Positions 7,771 through 16,267 of a stretch of DNA of 22,671 nucleotides are shown here, one piece after another. Position numbers and translations under genes: made by a program. Every line of letters starts with the position of its first letter. Within the stretch, counting starts at the first letter, position 1. The DNA lies in assembly GCA_049971295.1 (NCBI GenBank), contig JBMFLH010000008.1, forward strand, positions 1-22,671, in the 5' to 3' direction. The notes under the pieces are model-generated. The model had not been told where the DNA came from and searched no databases. It saw only the letters and a program-made list of their open reading frames with translations. This DNA is from Candidatus Ratteibacteria bacterium. GTDB taxonomy: Bacteria > Ratteibacteria > UBA8468 > B48-G9 > DTJG01.

Positions 7771-9109
7771 ATGGAAAACAATATTTTTTTGAAGGCAGTC
7801 AATCCTCTCAATGAGCCTGCAACATTTGGTCTTAATGCAAGCGTGCCTTTTCCACGTGGCTTGCTAAAATCTACAGAATCCCTGATTCTCTATGATTATG
7901 ATGATGGTGTGATTCCCTGCCAGAAAAAGGTTCTTGCCAGATGGAATGACAAAAGCATTAAGGTGGCGCTCATCGATTTTGTTCTGACATTAACAACATG
8001 GACGGGCAGTAATCTGCTAAAAATAGAACCTGAAATTCATATCAATCCTGAAAAAGGCGTCTTTTTCAGGATAAAAGAGCTCAAACTTTCAATAACACCG
8101 ATCTCAAATAATACTGCAGAAGTATTTTTCCCAGATGTTCGGATAAATCAAACAAAGAGGATAAAAATCTTTCAGATTGACGATGAAAACTGTGATATTG
8201 AAGCAGATGAGAATTGTGAAAAAAGGTACATTGCTTCGACTGGAACTTTCAGATTAACCACCAACGGCTTAATTATAGCAGGCGCTTTGAAGGACTTTTC
8301 AATGAGATGGCCAAAAAGTATTGAATTTGATGGGCGCTCCATCAGTTTTGGGTTATTACCTTCATTCAAAAAAGGCACATTCAACCACATGCAACCATGG
8401 TACAAATATGGTTATCTGTTTTGCGGTTCTATATACATGTTGAAAACAGGACAAAAAAGAAGATGGGAAATATGGCTTGAGATAAATGGAAACTGGCAGT
8501 TGTGCAGGTCAATTTGTGAGATACCGCCTGTAGCAATTGTAGAACCAGAATATGCAACTTCAACCGGCGTTTATGGAGATATTACTGGGGGCAGGCGAAA
8601 ATACCAGAGACTACGATAGAGTGATTTCCAGTATGTTTAATATGTACTGCTCAAGCATCAGGAAAAACAGGGATACAGGAGAGATGAACTGGGGCGATTG
8701 GTTTGGAGAAAGATATATTAACTGGGGAAACAATGAATATGGTACAGCAGAGCAACTTTTTGTCCAGTTTGTAAGGACAGGAGATTTGAGATATTTTGTG
8801 TCTGGTGAAAATGCTGCAAGACATACAGACGAAGTGGATATTATTCACTATGTGAACAAAGACCTGATGGACTCATTTAAGGAAGAACCTTTCAAACCAT
8901 TTGATGTAATGCCAGGTTGTGTTCACCAACATACAATAGGCCATGTCGGTGGATTTTATTCACGGAAAAAAGTGAAAAAGATGTTAAGCAGGGAACTGAG
9001 AGTAAAGAATCCTTATCTCTGTACTGAACCTTGGAACATGGGACACCTGTGGCTTGTGGGCGTGGCCAAGGCACTGAAAATTTATCATCAGATAAAAACC
9101 AATGAATAG
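7771..9109 (+). pseudogene. Frameshifted, apparently internally deleted YetA/PcRGLX-like (exo-rhamnogalacturonan lyase-like) gene
   Basis: ORF1 (7744/7771-8619) has the N-terminal pattern VPFPRG...Q..VLARWND.SIK..LIDF. ORF2 (8552-9109) has GEMNWGDW...WGNNEY...FVRTGD and GHLW, typical of the alpha-toroid domain. Removing one G from GGGGG (8587-8591) joins the two frames. Confidence 0.65.
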
Positions 9110-9869
9110 AAAATGGCTGCTTGTTGTTACTCAGGATATTTCGGCAGAAATGAATATGGCGCTTGACAGTGTGATGTGGAATAAAGCAAAGGAAAATCCT
9201 GAAATTGCGATGTTGAGATTTTATACATGGAAACCATCAGGTGTTTCTCTTGGTGCCCATCAGAAACCAGAAAATCTTGTTGACATCGAATTTTGCAGGA
9301 AAAACAATATCCCCGTGGTTGCAAGAATTACTGGCGGAAGTGCCATTTTTCATGATAGAGAAATTACATATAGCTTTTCAGCAACAAACGATGAAAAAAT
9401 TTTCCCTGGACCCATGACATCATACGAAAAAATATGCAGTGCATTAAAATTGGGGTTTGAAAAACTCGGTATCAAAGTTCAGTGGCGCGGAGTGTCTATG
9501 GGGAAAGAACCGTCTCTGACCAACAGAGATTGTTTTTCACTGTCGACCAGACATGACCTCGTCGTAAATGGTAGAAAAATTATCGGAAGTGCCCAGAGAA
9601 AAGATAGATCATCTTTTTTGCAACATGGAAGTTTATTGATTGAAATACAAAAGCATCTGTGGGAAGAAATATTTCTTACAAAACCTGATTTTTCAAAAAT
9701 TATATCAATGTCTGAAATTTTGAACGATGTCCCTGATTTTGATATTCTGATTAAAGCACTGAAAAACGGGTTTGAGGAATTTTTTGAAAGTGACTTCGAA
9801 GAAACAAATTTTACCAGAAACGACATGGAAGAAGCACATAAAATTTGTCAAAAATTTTTACTGGTATAA
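9102..9869 (+). CDS. lipM: Lipoate-protein ligase/octanoyltransferase family protein (LipM-like)
   Basis: 255 aa. Motifs NMALD, LRFYTW...SLG.HQ, RITGGSAIFH, CF......LVVNGRKIIGSAQ (Cys placed like the LipM catalytic Cys) and QHGSL. No LplA C-terminal domain. Confidence 0.8.
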   Translation: MNRKWLLVVTQDISAEMNMALDSVMWNKAKENPEIAMLRFYTWKPSGVSLGAHQKPENLVDIEFCRKNNIPVVARITGGSAIFHDREITYSFSATNDEKIFPGPMTSYEKICSALKLGFEKLGIKVQWRGVSMGKEPSLTNRDCFSLSTRHDLVVNGRKIIGSAQRKDRSSFLQHGSLLIEIQKHLWEEIFLTKPDFSKIISMSEILNDVPDFDILIKALKNGFEEFFESDFEETNFTRNDMEEAHKICQKFLLV

Positions 9870-10879
9870 AAAAATTTTTAATAGCCCTGTGTTTCCTTAT
9901 TGTTGCTTGCATTTTTTCGCAACAGAAACAGGGAGAGAAAATGGCCAACTACAGATGGTCGAAAATTACAGATCATGCAGAGTTTGTACCAAGGGATGGT
10001 GCAGGTGCTCTTATATTCAAAGATAAGATGTGGCTTATTGGTGGTTGGAACCCTTCTGATAAAATTCACTTTCCGAAAATTTGCAATAGTGAAGTATGGT
10101 CGTCAAAAGATGGAATAAACTGGATACTGGAAAATCCCTCTGCGCCATGGGAAGGAAGACATACTGCGGGTTATGTTGTTTTCAAAGATGCCATGTGGAT
10201 TGTTGGAGGAGACGCCAATCAACATCATTATCAAAATGATGTGTGGAGAAGTTTTGATGGTGTTCACTGGGAGTGTGTCTGCGAAAATGTACCATGGGGA
10301 CCAAGGGTTCTTCATTACACAGTCGTTTTCAAGAATAAAATCTGGGTGATTGGTGGACAGACTCTTCCACAATTTGCTCCAGCAGATGAAATTTTTTATT
10401 CAGATGCATGGTGCAGTGAAGATGGAAAGCAATGGGAAAAGGTCGCTGACAATCTCCCATGGGCTCCAAGGGGAATGATAGGCGGAACAGCAGTTTTTAA
10501 GGACAAAATCTGGATTCTTGGTGGCGGGACATACGATACACCCAAAAAGCCAGAGAGAATTTTTTACAATGATGTGTGGTGCTCGAAGGATGGGATAAGG
10601 TGGGAAAGGGTGAGCGAAAGCGCCCCATGGCATCCAAGACAGTACCACGATGTAGCAGTATTTGATGGCAAAATCTGGATTATGGAAGGATATCATAAAA
10701 TTGGCGGCAACAGAAATGATGTCTGGTACTCAGATAATGGTAAGAACTGGACTGAACTTCCTGATACTCCGTGGGCACCAAGGCACGCCGCAAGTGTATT
10801 TGTTTATGATAATGGGTTATGGATGGTTGCAGGCAATAACATGACATCTGATGTTTGGAAGCTGGAAAAACACAGGTAA
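9845..10879 (+). CDS. Kelch-like repeat beta-propeller protein, probably secreted or membrane anchored
   Basis: 344 aa. About six repeats of PW.PR..H...VFK.K.W..GG....NDVW.S.DG..W. Hydrophobic N-terminal segment (KKFLIALCFLIVACIF). Confidence 0.85.
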   Translation: MSKIFTGIKKFLIALCFLIVACIFSQQKQGEKMANYRWSKITDHAEFVPRDGAGALIFKDKMWLIGGWNPSDKIHFPKICNSEVWSSKDGINWILENPSAPWEGRHTAGYVVFKDAMWIVGGDANQHHYQNDVWRSFDGVHWECVCENVPWGPRVLHYTVVFKNKIWVIGGQTLPQFAPADEIFYSDAWCSEDGKQWEKVADNLPWAPRGMIGGTAVFKDKIWILGGGTYDTPKKPERIFYNDVWCSKDGIRWERVSESAPWHPRQYHDVAVFDGKIWIMEGYHKIGGNRNDVWYSDNGKNWTELPDTPWAPRHAASVFVYDNGLWMVAGNNMTSDVWKLEKHR

Positions 10880-11298
10880 AAAATGACGAAAAGAAAAATG
10901 GTGTACTTCATTGAAATCACATCCAGTATATAGACTTGTTTGCTGGCCAAAAACTCAGGAAAATTTCCTGTTCTTCATATGTGCCGGCATCTGAAGGACC
11001 TGTTATTACTTCTGCTGTTATTATGTCGCCACTTTGTAAGCCAGAAACCATAAAACAGATGTGCCTGTGGTGAAACGGTACCGGGTAAAAGTGTAAAAAT
11101 TAATTTTTTGTTTTGAATGCAATAACATCAGGTTCCTGATTATCTTTCCTCTTCTTTTTCACCCTCATCCATCTTTTCTTTCCTCTTCCATTGCGGAGAG
11201 GATTAAAGTAAGGAGTATTAAACCGATTTTCATAACTCTTCTGACATTGTCAAATCGGCTTTTAATCTTTTTCTGTTTTTTTATCGTCAAATGATTGA

Positions 11299-11327
11299 TG
11301 GTATAATACCTTAGTAAAAAAAGGAGG
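11299..11327 (+). promoter_or_regulatory. Extended -10 promoter and RBS of the tlpA-pilB pair
   Basis: TGGTATAAT (11299-11307) fits TGn-TATAAT. AAGGAGG RBS at 11321-11327. Confidence 0.65.
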
Positions 11328-11331
11328 CCAC

Positions 11332-11826
11332 ATGAAAAGAATATTGAAGGTTGTGGCGGTGGCATTGTTCAGCACAATGATGGTTGCGGGTACTGGTTGG
11401 ACTCAGGCAGTAAAAAAGGCGCCTGACTTTAATCTTACTGACCTCAATGGTAAGCAGATTACACTGAGTTCGTTGAAGGGAAAGATTGTTATTTTGAATT
11501 TCTGGGCATCGTGGTGTCCACCGTGCAAAAGAGAAATCCCTGATTTCGTAAAGACATACGAAAAATACAGGAATAAAGGGCTTGTTATTATTGGTGTTGC
11601 TGTGAGCAGCAAACCCGAGGATGTGAAAGCGCTTGTAAAACAGTATAACATCACCTATCCTGTTGCAATGGCTTCTGGCACTATTGAACAGGACTATGGA
11701 CCAATTACAGGTGTTCCAACAACCTTTGTCATTGATAAAAACGGCAATCTTGTCCCAGACGGAAAAAGGATAGGCATGTTTTTTGAAGGAGAACTTGAAA
11801 AAGTTATTGAACCTTTGCTGAAATAA
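11332..11826 (+). CDS. TlpA/ResA-family thiol-disulfide oxidoreductase with signal peptide
   Basis: 164 aa. Motifs APDFNLTDLNG, LNFWASWCPPCKREIP (CxxC) and GVPTTFVID (cis-Pro). N-terminal signal sequence. Confidence 0.92.
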   Translation: MKRILKVVAVALFSTMMVAGTGWTQAVKKAPDFNLTDLNGKQITLSSLKGKIVILNFWASWCPPCKREIPDFVKTYEKYRNKGLVIIGVAVSSKPEDVKALVKQYNITYPVAMASGTIEQDYGPITGVPTTFVIDKNGNLVPDGKRIGMFFEGELEKVIEPLLK

Positions 11827-13505
11827 TGGAAGAACATCCTGCAATAGGCAAGCTTCTTGAATCGAAGGGTATAACAAAAGAACAGATTGACCTGGTAATT
11901 CAAGAAAAACAGAGAACAGGCGCTCCTTTTGGATATTTGCTTATCAGATTTGGACTGATGAATTCAGAATCCTGGTATGAGTTTGTTCTTCACAGTTTTC
12001 ACATCCCTCCAATAAATCTTGAAGAAATGCAGATTGAAAAGGATGTTCTGCGGGTGCTTCCTGAATTTACATGTAGAAAGTATCAGGCAATGCCCATTTT
12101 CAGATCCAGAGACAGAGTCGTTTGTGGAATGGTTGACCCGCTTGATTCAGAAACAATTGAACAGGTCAAAAAAATTTCCGGGCTTGAGGTGGAAACAAGA
12201 TTGGTTAGGGAATCAGAATTGAGAAAAAGTTTTGATAAATATTTCTCACAGGTTGGACTTGATGTCATCAGTCCTGTAAATCAGGGTTCTGAAAAATTTT
12301 ACGAACCTGTGAAATTGAGGGAACTTGACAGGGAAGCAACTGCTGAAAGTTCAGTGGTTTCGATGATAGAACAGGCAGTGGAACTTAAGGCAACTGACAT
12401 ACATCTGGAAGTGGAGGAAGACGGGGTACGATTGAGATATAGAATCAATGGACTTTTGTATGAATTCCCGCCTCCTCCTCTTGAACTGTATCCTGCAATT
12501 GTGTCGCATATCAAGGTCCTTTCAAACCTTGATATTTCTGAAAAAAGAGTGCCACAGGATGGTTATTTCAAGGCAAGAATCAGTGGGAGAAGCGTGGATT
12601 TGAGGGTTTCAACATTTCCAACAATTTTCGGGGAAATGGTTGCTCTCAGAGTACTTGATAAGACAAATATCATTACAGGACTTGAACAACTTGGCTTTTT
12701 ACCTGAAACCCTTCACAGATGGCGTATGCTTCTTGATGAACCATACGGAATGCTTCTTGTGACAGGTCCCACAGGTTCAGGAAAGACAACAACTCTATAT
12801 TCTTCACTTAATGAGATCGATAATGTGCACAAAAAGGTGATTACCGTTGAAGACCCTGTTGAGTACCATTTGAAAAACATAGACCAGATTCAGATAAACC
12901 CAAAGGCGGGTCTTACTTTTGCTGTTGCGCTTCGCTCAATTTTAAGACAGGACCCAAATGTTGTGATGATTGGAGAGATTAGAGACCTTGACAGTGCTTC
13001 AATTGCCTTTAGAGCAGCGCAAACAGGTCAACTTGTTCTTGCAACACTTCACACAAATACTGCTCCTGGAGCAGTCATCAGATTACTTGATATGGGCGTT
13101 GAATCTTACCTGCTTGCGTCGTCATTAATAGGGGTACTGAGTCAGCGTCTGGTAAGAACAATATGCCCGAATTGCAAGGAAGTATATAAGCCGCTTGACG
13201 AAGAGATAAAGGAATTGAGCCCGGACCTGATTGGCAGGGATATACGTTTTTACAGGGGCAAGGGATGTCATCTGTGCAAAGGCACTGGCTATGGCGGTAG
13301 AACCGGACTTCACGAACTGATGGTAATGAACGAAGAACTCAGAAGAATGACAATGAGAGACCCTTCAACATCAGTACTTACAGAAATTGCGAGAAAATTT
13401 GGCATGAAAACATTAAGAGAGGATGGAATTCAAAAGGTACTTCAGGGAATCACCACAATATCAGAGGTCCTGTATGCAACAAAAAAAGACACAGACGAAA
13501 GATAA
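11826..13505 (+). CDS. GspE/PilB-family type II secretion/type IV pilus assembly ATPase
   Basis: 559 aa. TDIHLE, RVPQDG, Walker A GPTGSGKTT, Asp box TVEDPVE, LRQDP..IGEIRD, His box TLHTN, zinc motifs CPNC/CHLC. N-terminal MshEN-like domain. Confidence 0.95.
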   Translation: MEEHPAIGKLLESKGITKEQIDLVIQEKQRTGAPFGYLLIRFGLMNSESWYEFVLHSFHIPPINLEEMQIEKDVLRVLPEFTCRKYQAMPIFRSRDRVVCGMVDPLDSETIEQVKKISGLEVETRLVRESELRKSFDKYFSQVGLDVISPVNQGSEKFYEPVKLRELDREATAESSVVSMIEQAVELKATDIHLEVEEDGVRLRYRINGLLYEFPPPPLELYPAIVSHIKVLSNLDISEKRVPQDGYFKARISGRSVDLRVSTFPTIFGEMVALRVLDKTNIITGLEQLGFLPETLHRWRMLLDEPYGMLLVTGPTGSGKTTTLYSSLNEIDNVHKKVITVEDPVEYHLKNIDQIQINPKAGLTFAVALRSILRQDPNVVMIGEIRDLDSASIAFRAAQTGQLVLATLHTNTAPGAVIRLLDMGVESYLLASSLIGVLSQRLVRTICPNCKEVYKPLDEEIKELSPDLIGRDIRFYRGKGCHLCKGTGYGGRTGLHELMVMNEELRRMTMRDPSTSVLTEIARKFGMKTLREDGIQKVLQGITTISEVLYATKKDTDER

Positions 13506-13690
13506 GGTTTTTATTTCCAATTTTACAATGGTTCGGCAGGCCAGCTGGTTGAAAAAATTCCAGAGTTTTTTCCTTTCTCACCAACAGCAGGGTTGATTGG
13601 TCTTTGTCCGGAGGATTTAAAAACCATACTGGTCCACTGGCAAAAAAACAAGATAAATAAAGGAAAAGATGTAGAGAAGGAAAAACAATT

Positions 13691-14401
13691 ATGTCAAATG
13701 AGTTTATTATTCTGGTTGGAACTGCAGCGACCATAGGGTTTATTCACACAATACTTGGTCCTGATCACTATGTCCCTTTTATTGTACTATCAAAGGTAAG
13801 AAAGTGGAGTAAGAGAAAAACAACTTTGATCACCCTTTTTTGCGGCATCGGACATGTGCTGAGTTCTATTATTTTGGGTTTTGTAGGGATTGCGTTGGGA
13901 GTTGCCGTTTTAAAACTTGAGTCTATTGAATCCTTCAGAGGGGACCTATCCACATGGTTCCTTATTATCTTTGGCTTTACCTATTTTGCCTGGGGGTTAC
14001 GGCAAGCCTTTTTGAGAAAATCCCACGAACATTTTCATCAGCACCAAACTGGTAATGCACATGCACATTCTCATAAACATATTGGAGACCACGTTCACAT
14101 TCACAACACAGAGGCAAAATCTTTGACCATGTGGGTTTTGTTTATAATATTTGTGTTAGGTCCCTGCGAACCACTGATTCCCCTTGTGATGTATCCAGCA
14201 GCGAGGGGCAATATGACTCAGGTGGTTCTGGTGGCTCTAAGTTTCGGGCTGTTAACCATTGCAACTATGCTGACAGTGGTTCTCATTTCATTCTATGGAT
14301 TATCAAAACTTCCCTTTCATAAATTTGAAAAATATTCTCATGCATTAGCAGGCCTGGTCGTTTTTCTTTGCGGGATAGCTGTGAAGTTTTTAGGTCTTTG
14401 A
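13691..14401 (+). CDS. His-rich nickel/cobalt transporter (UreH/RcnA/NiCoT-like membrane protein)
   Basis: 236 aa with about six TM segments. HTILGPDH (Hx4-5DH-type) motif, GH in TM2, loop with 11 His, GPCEP motif. Adjacent to nikR. Confidence 0.8.
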   Translation: MSNEFIILVGTAATIGFIHTILGPDHYVPFIVLSKVRKWSKRKTTLITLFCGIGHVLSSIILGFVGIALGVAVLKLESIESFRGDLSTWFLIIFGFTYFAWGLRQAFLRKSHEHFHQHQTGNAHAHSHKHIGDHVHIHNTEAKSLTMWVLFIIFVLGPCEPLIPLVMYPAARGNMTQVVLVALSFGLLTIATMLTVVLISFYGLSKLPFHKFEKYSHALAGLVVFLCGIAVKFLGL

Positions 14402-14556
14402 TTATCCTGGCATCAAGATGCGGTTACAAAGTCAGTTGTTAGAATCTTGTTGTTTGCAATCTCTATTTTAACATCACCCTCACCTGTCTTCTTCCCAGAC
14501 GATAGCTGATATTATATTTAATCAGAATAAAACCTCTTTTCGGTATGTATCTTTTG

Positions 14557-14565
14557 TGTTATAAT
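14557..14565 (+). promoter_or_regulatory. Extended -10 promoter for a probably leaderless nikR mRNA
   Basis: TGTTATAAT (14557-14565) lies 6 nt upstream of ATG 14572. There is no Shine-Dalgarno sequence. Confidence 0.6.
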
Positions 14566-14571
14566 TTTTTT

Positions 14572-14982
14572 ATGCGAAACCTAATCCGTTTTGGCGTATC
14601 TCTGGAAAAGGAAGTTCTTGAGAAATTTGACCGACACATTAAACAAAAAAAATATCCCACAAGGTCAAAGGCAATCGCTGACCTGATGAGAAAAGAAATC
14701 ATCCAGCAAAGATGGCGAACAGGAAAAGAGATTGCTGGAGCCATTGTCTTCATCTACAATCATCACAGAAGAAATGTCGTTGATAGAATTATTGACATAC
14801 AGCATGATTTTGCAGATATCGTGATATCAACCCAGCATGTTCATCTTTCTCACGACGAATGCCTTGAAATTGTAGTAATAAAAGGGAAACCTCAAAGGGT
14901 TGAAATCCTTGCAGACAATATCCGTTCAACAAAGGGTGTTGAACATTGTACTGTTGCTTTTACTGCAACTGAAATATTGTAA
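14572..14982 (+). CDS. nikR: Nickel-responsive transcriptional regulator NikR
   Basis: 136 aa from ATG 14572. RHH domain (IRFGVSL...YPTRSKAIADLMR) plus nickel-binding domain with QH...HVHL.H..CLE ligands. Confidence 0.95.
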   Translation: MRNLIRFGVSLEKEVLEKFDRHIKQKKYPTRSKAIADLMRKEIIQQRWRTGKEIAGAIVFIYNHHRRNVVDRIIDIQHDFADIVISTQHVHLSHDECLEIVVIKGKPQRVEILADNIRSTKGVEHCTVAFTATEIL

Positions 14983-14983
14983 A

Positions 14984-16267
14984 TCACTCATATCTCAAAG
15001 CCTGAATCGGATCAAGATTTGCGGCTTTTCTTGCAGGATAAAGGCCAAAACCTATTCCAACAGCAACAGAAATAGAAAATGAAAGCAAAATCGACCATGG
15101 CGTAATCAGTGTCATCATACCAGCAAATTTCGTGACCGCCTTCGGTATAATGATCCCAAGCAGAATTCCGATAAACCCTCCAGAGGCAGACAGTATCACG
15201 GATTCTGTCAGAAACTGATTGATAATATCCCTTTTCTTTGCTCCTACTGCTCTTCTAATGCCGATTTCTCTTGTTCTTTCTGTAACAATTGCCAGCATGA
15301 TATTCATAATGCCAATTCCACCGACGATTAAACTGATTGCAGCGATTGACCCCAGGACAATGTTGAAAATTCGCTTTGTCCTTTCTGCCTGTCTCAATAG
15401 TTCCAGCGGCACTATAATTTGATAATCCTGTTTCTTATGGGTTTGGCTGAGTAAATCGCTGACAAGGGATGCTGTCGTGAGGATTTTGTCTGTTTCTGAA
15501 ACCTGTATCACAAACCTGTGATACTGAACCCAGTTCCTTTCCCAGGACCTGATGCCGCCAGTGTTTTTTTCTACTTCGTATTCTCCAAAAAACATTTTCG
15601 TGGTCGTCATCGGAATATAGACAGCAATGTTCATGTCTTCTGCCACAAAACTTTCGCTTGCTCCCGCAAAAACTTTTTCTCCGGCAATTCCGATAATTGT
15701 AAAGTAACTGCTTCTGATTTTAATGGTTTTTCCTATGGGATCTTCTGCAGGAAACAAAGAAGTTCTTACAGTTGAACCAATGACTGCGACAGGAATACCT
15801 TTTTCAAGGTCGTTTTCGTCAAAATACCTACCTGTCTTTATTGAAAGATTCATCACATCTTTATATTCAGGAAGAGTTCCAATCACCCTTGCTGAAATTT
15901 TTTTATCATAATACCAGACATCTTCTTCCATTTCCCATGTTGGAATAATCTTCACAACAGAAGGAATTGTCTCAAGTTTCCTCAGGTCTCTGTCAGTAAG
16001 TCCATAAACGCCAAGCAAACTTGGTTGTTGCGATTTTGAATCTGCTGGAAGTTTGATGCTTTTAATAATGATATTATTGCTGCCGAGTGATTCTATCATT
16101 TTTCTTGCCTCATAACTGGCACCTTCTCCAATGGCAAGCATCGCAATCACAGAAGCAACTCCGAACACAATACCCAACACAGTTAAAAGCGAACGAAGTT
16201 TGTGCAACCAGATATTTTTCCAGCCGTGCCTTATGATTCTGACAAGATGAATCAAATTAATTTTCAT
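14984..16267 (-). CDS. MacB/FtsX-like ABC transporter permease
   Basis: HKLRSLLTVLGIVFGVASVIAM, a periplasmic domain, and IAAISLIVGGIGIMNIML...ERTREIGIRRAVGA...YPARKAANLDPIQALRYE. Likely start at ATG 16267. Confidence 0.95.
   Translation of the reverse strand: MKINLIHLVRIIRHGWKNIWLHKLRSLLTVLGIVFGVASVIAMLAIGEGASYEARKMIESLGSNNIIIKSIKLPADSKSQQPSLLGVYGLTDRDLRKLETIPSVVKIIPTWEMEEDVWYYDKKISARVIGTLPEYKDVMNLSIKTGRYFDENDLEKGIPVAVIGSTVRTSLFPAEDPIGKTIKIRSSYFTIIGIAGEKVFAGASESFVAEDMNIAVYIPMTTTKMFFGEYEVEKNTGGIRSWERNWVQYHRFVIQVSETDKILTTASLVSDLLSQTHKKQDYQIIVPLELLRQAERTKRIFNIVLGSIAAISLIVGGIGIMNIMLAIVTERTREIGIRRAVGAKKRDIINQFLTESVILSASGGFIGILLGIIIPKAVTKFAGMMTLITPWSILLSFSISVAVGIGFGLYPARKAANLDPIQALRYE

Noticed and set aside
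9940..10870. Periodic nucleotide similarity (GATGT.TGG..., CCATGG...) suggesting a repeat array or CRISPR
   Set aside because: Fully explained by the protein-level Kelch-like repeats. There are no identical repeats with unique spacers.
11311..11877. 188-aa ORF antisense to tlpA, and the many other 60-130 aa shadow ORFs
   Set aside because: They overlap well-supported genes on the opposite strand or in another frame and show no motifs or RBS.
13531..13544. GTTCGGCAGGCCAG resembles the tRNA-Arg 3' half (GTTCGAGTCAGGCCAG), suggesting an att site bounding an island
   Set aside because: Only an 8-bp exact match, no integrase, and the intervening genes show no evident compositional shift.
13506..13690. 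NiCo (czcD) riboswitch upstream of the Ni/Co transporter (contains GCAGGC and CAACAG/CAGCAG words)
   Set aside because: The other conserved segments (GCCGGG and GUGGGACAG-like) and a four-way junction could not be found by eye. An Infernal/Rfam search would be decisive.
14416..14540. Minus-strand KRGFILIK resembling a prepilin cleavage motif near a PilB ATPase
   Set aside because: No Glu at +5, no hydrophobic helix after it, and no credible start or ORF.
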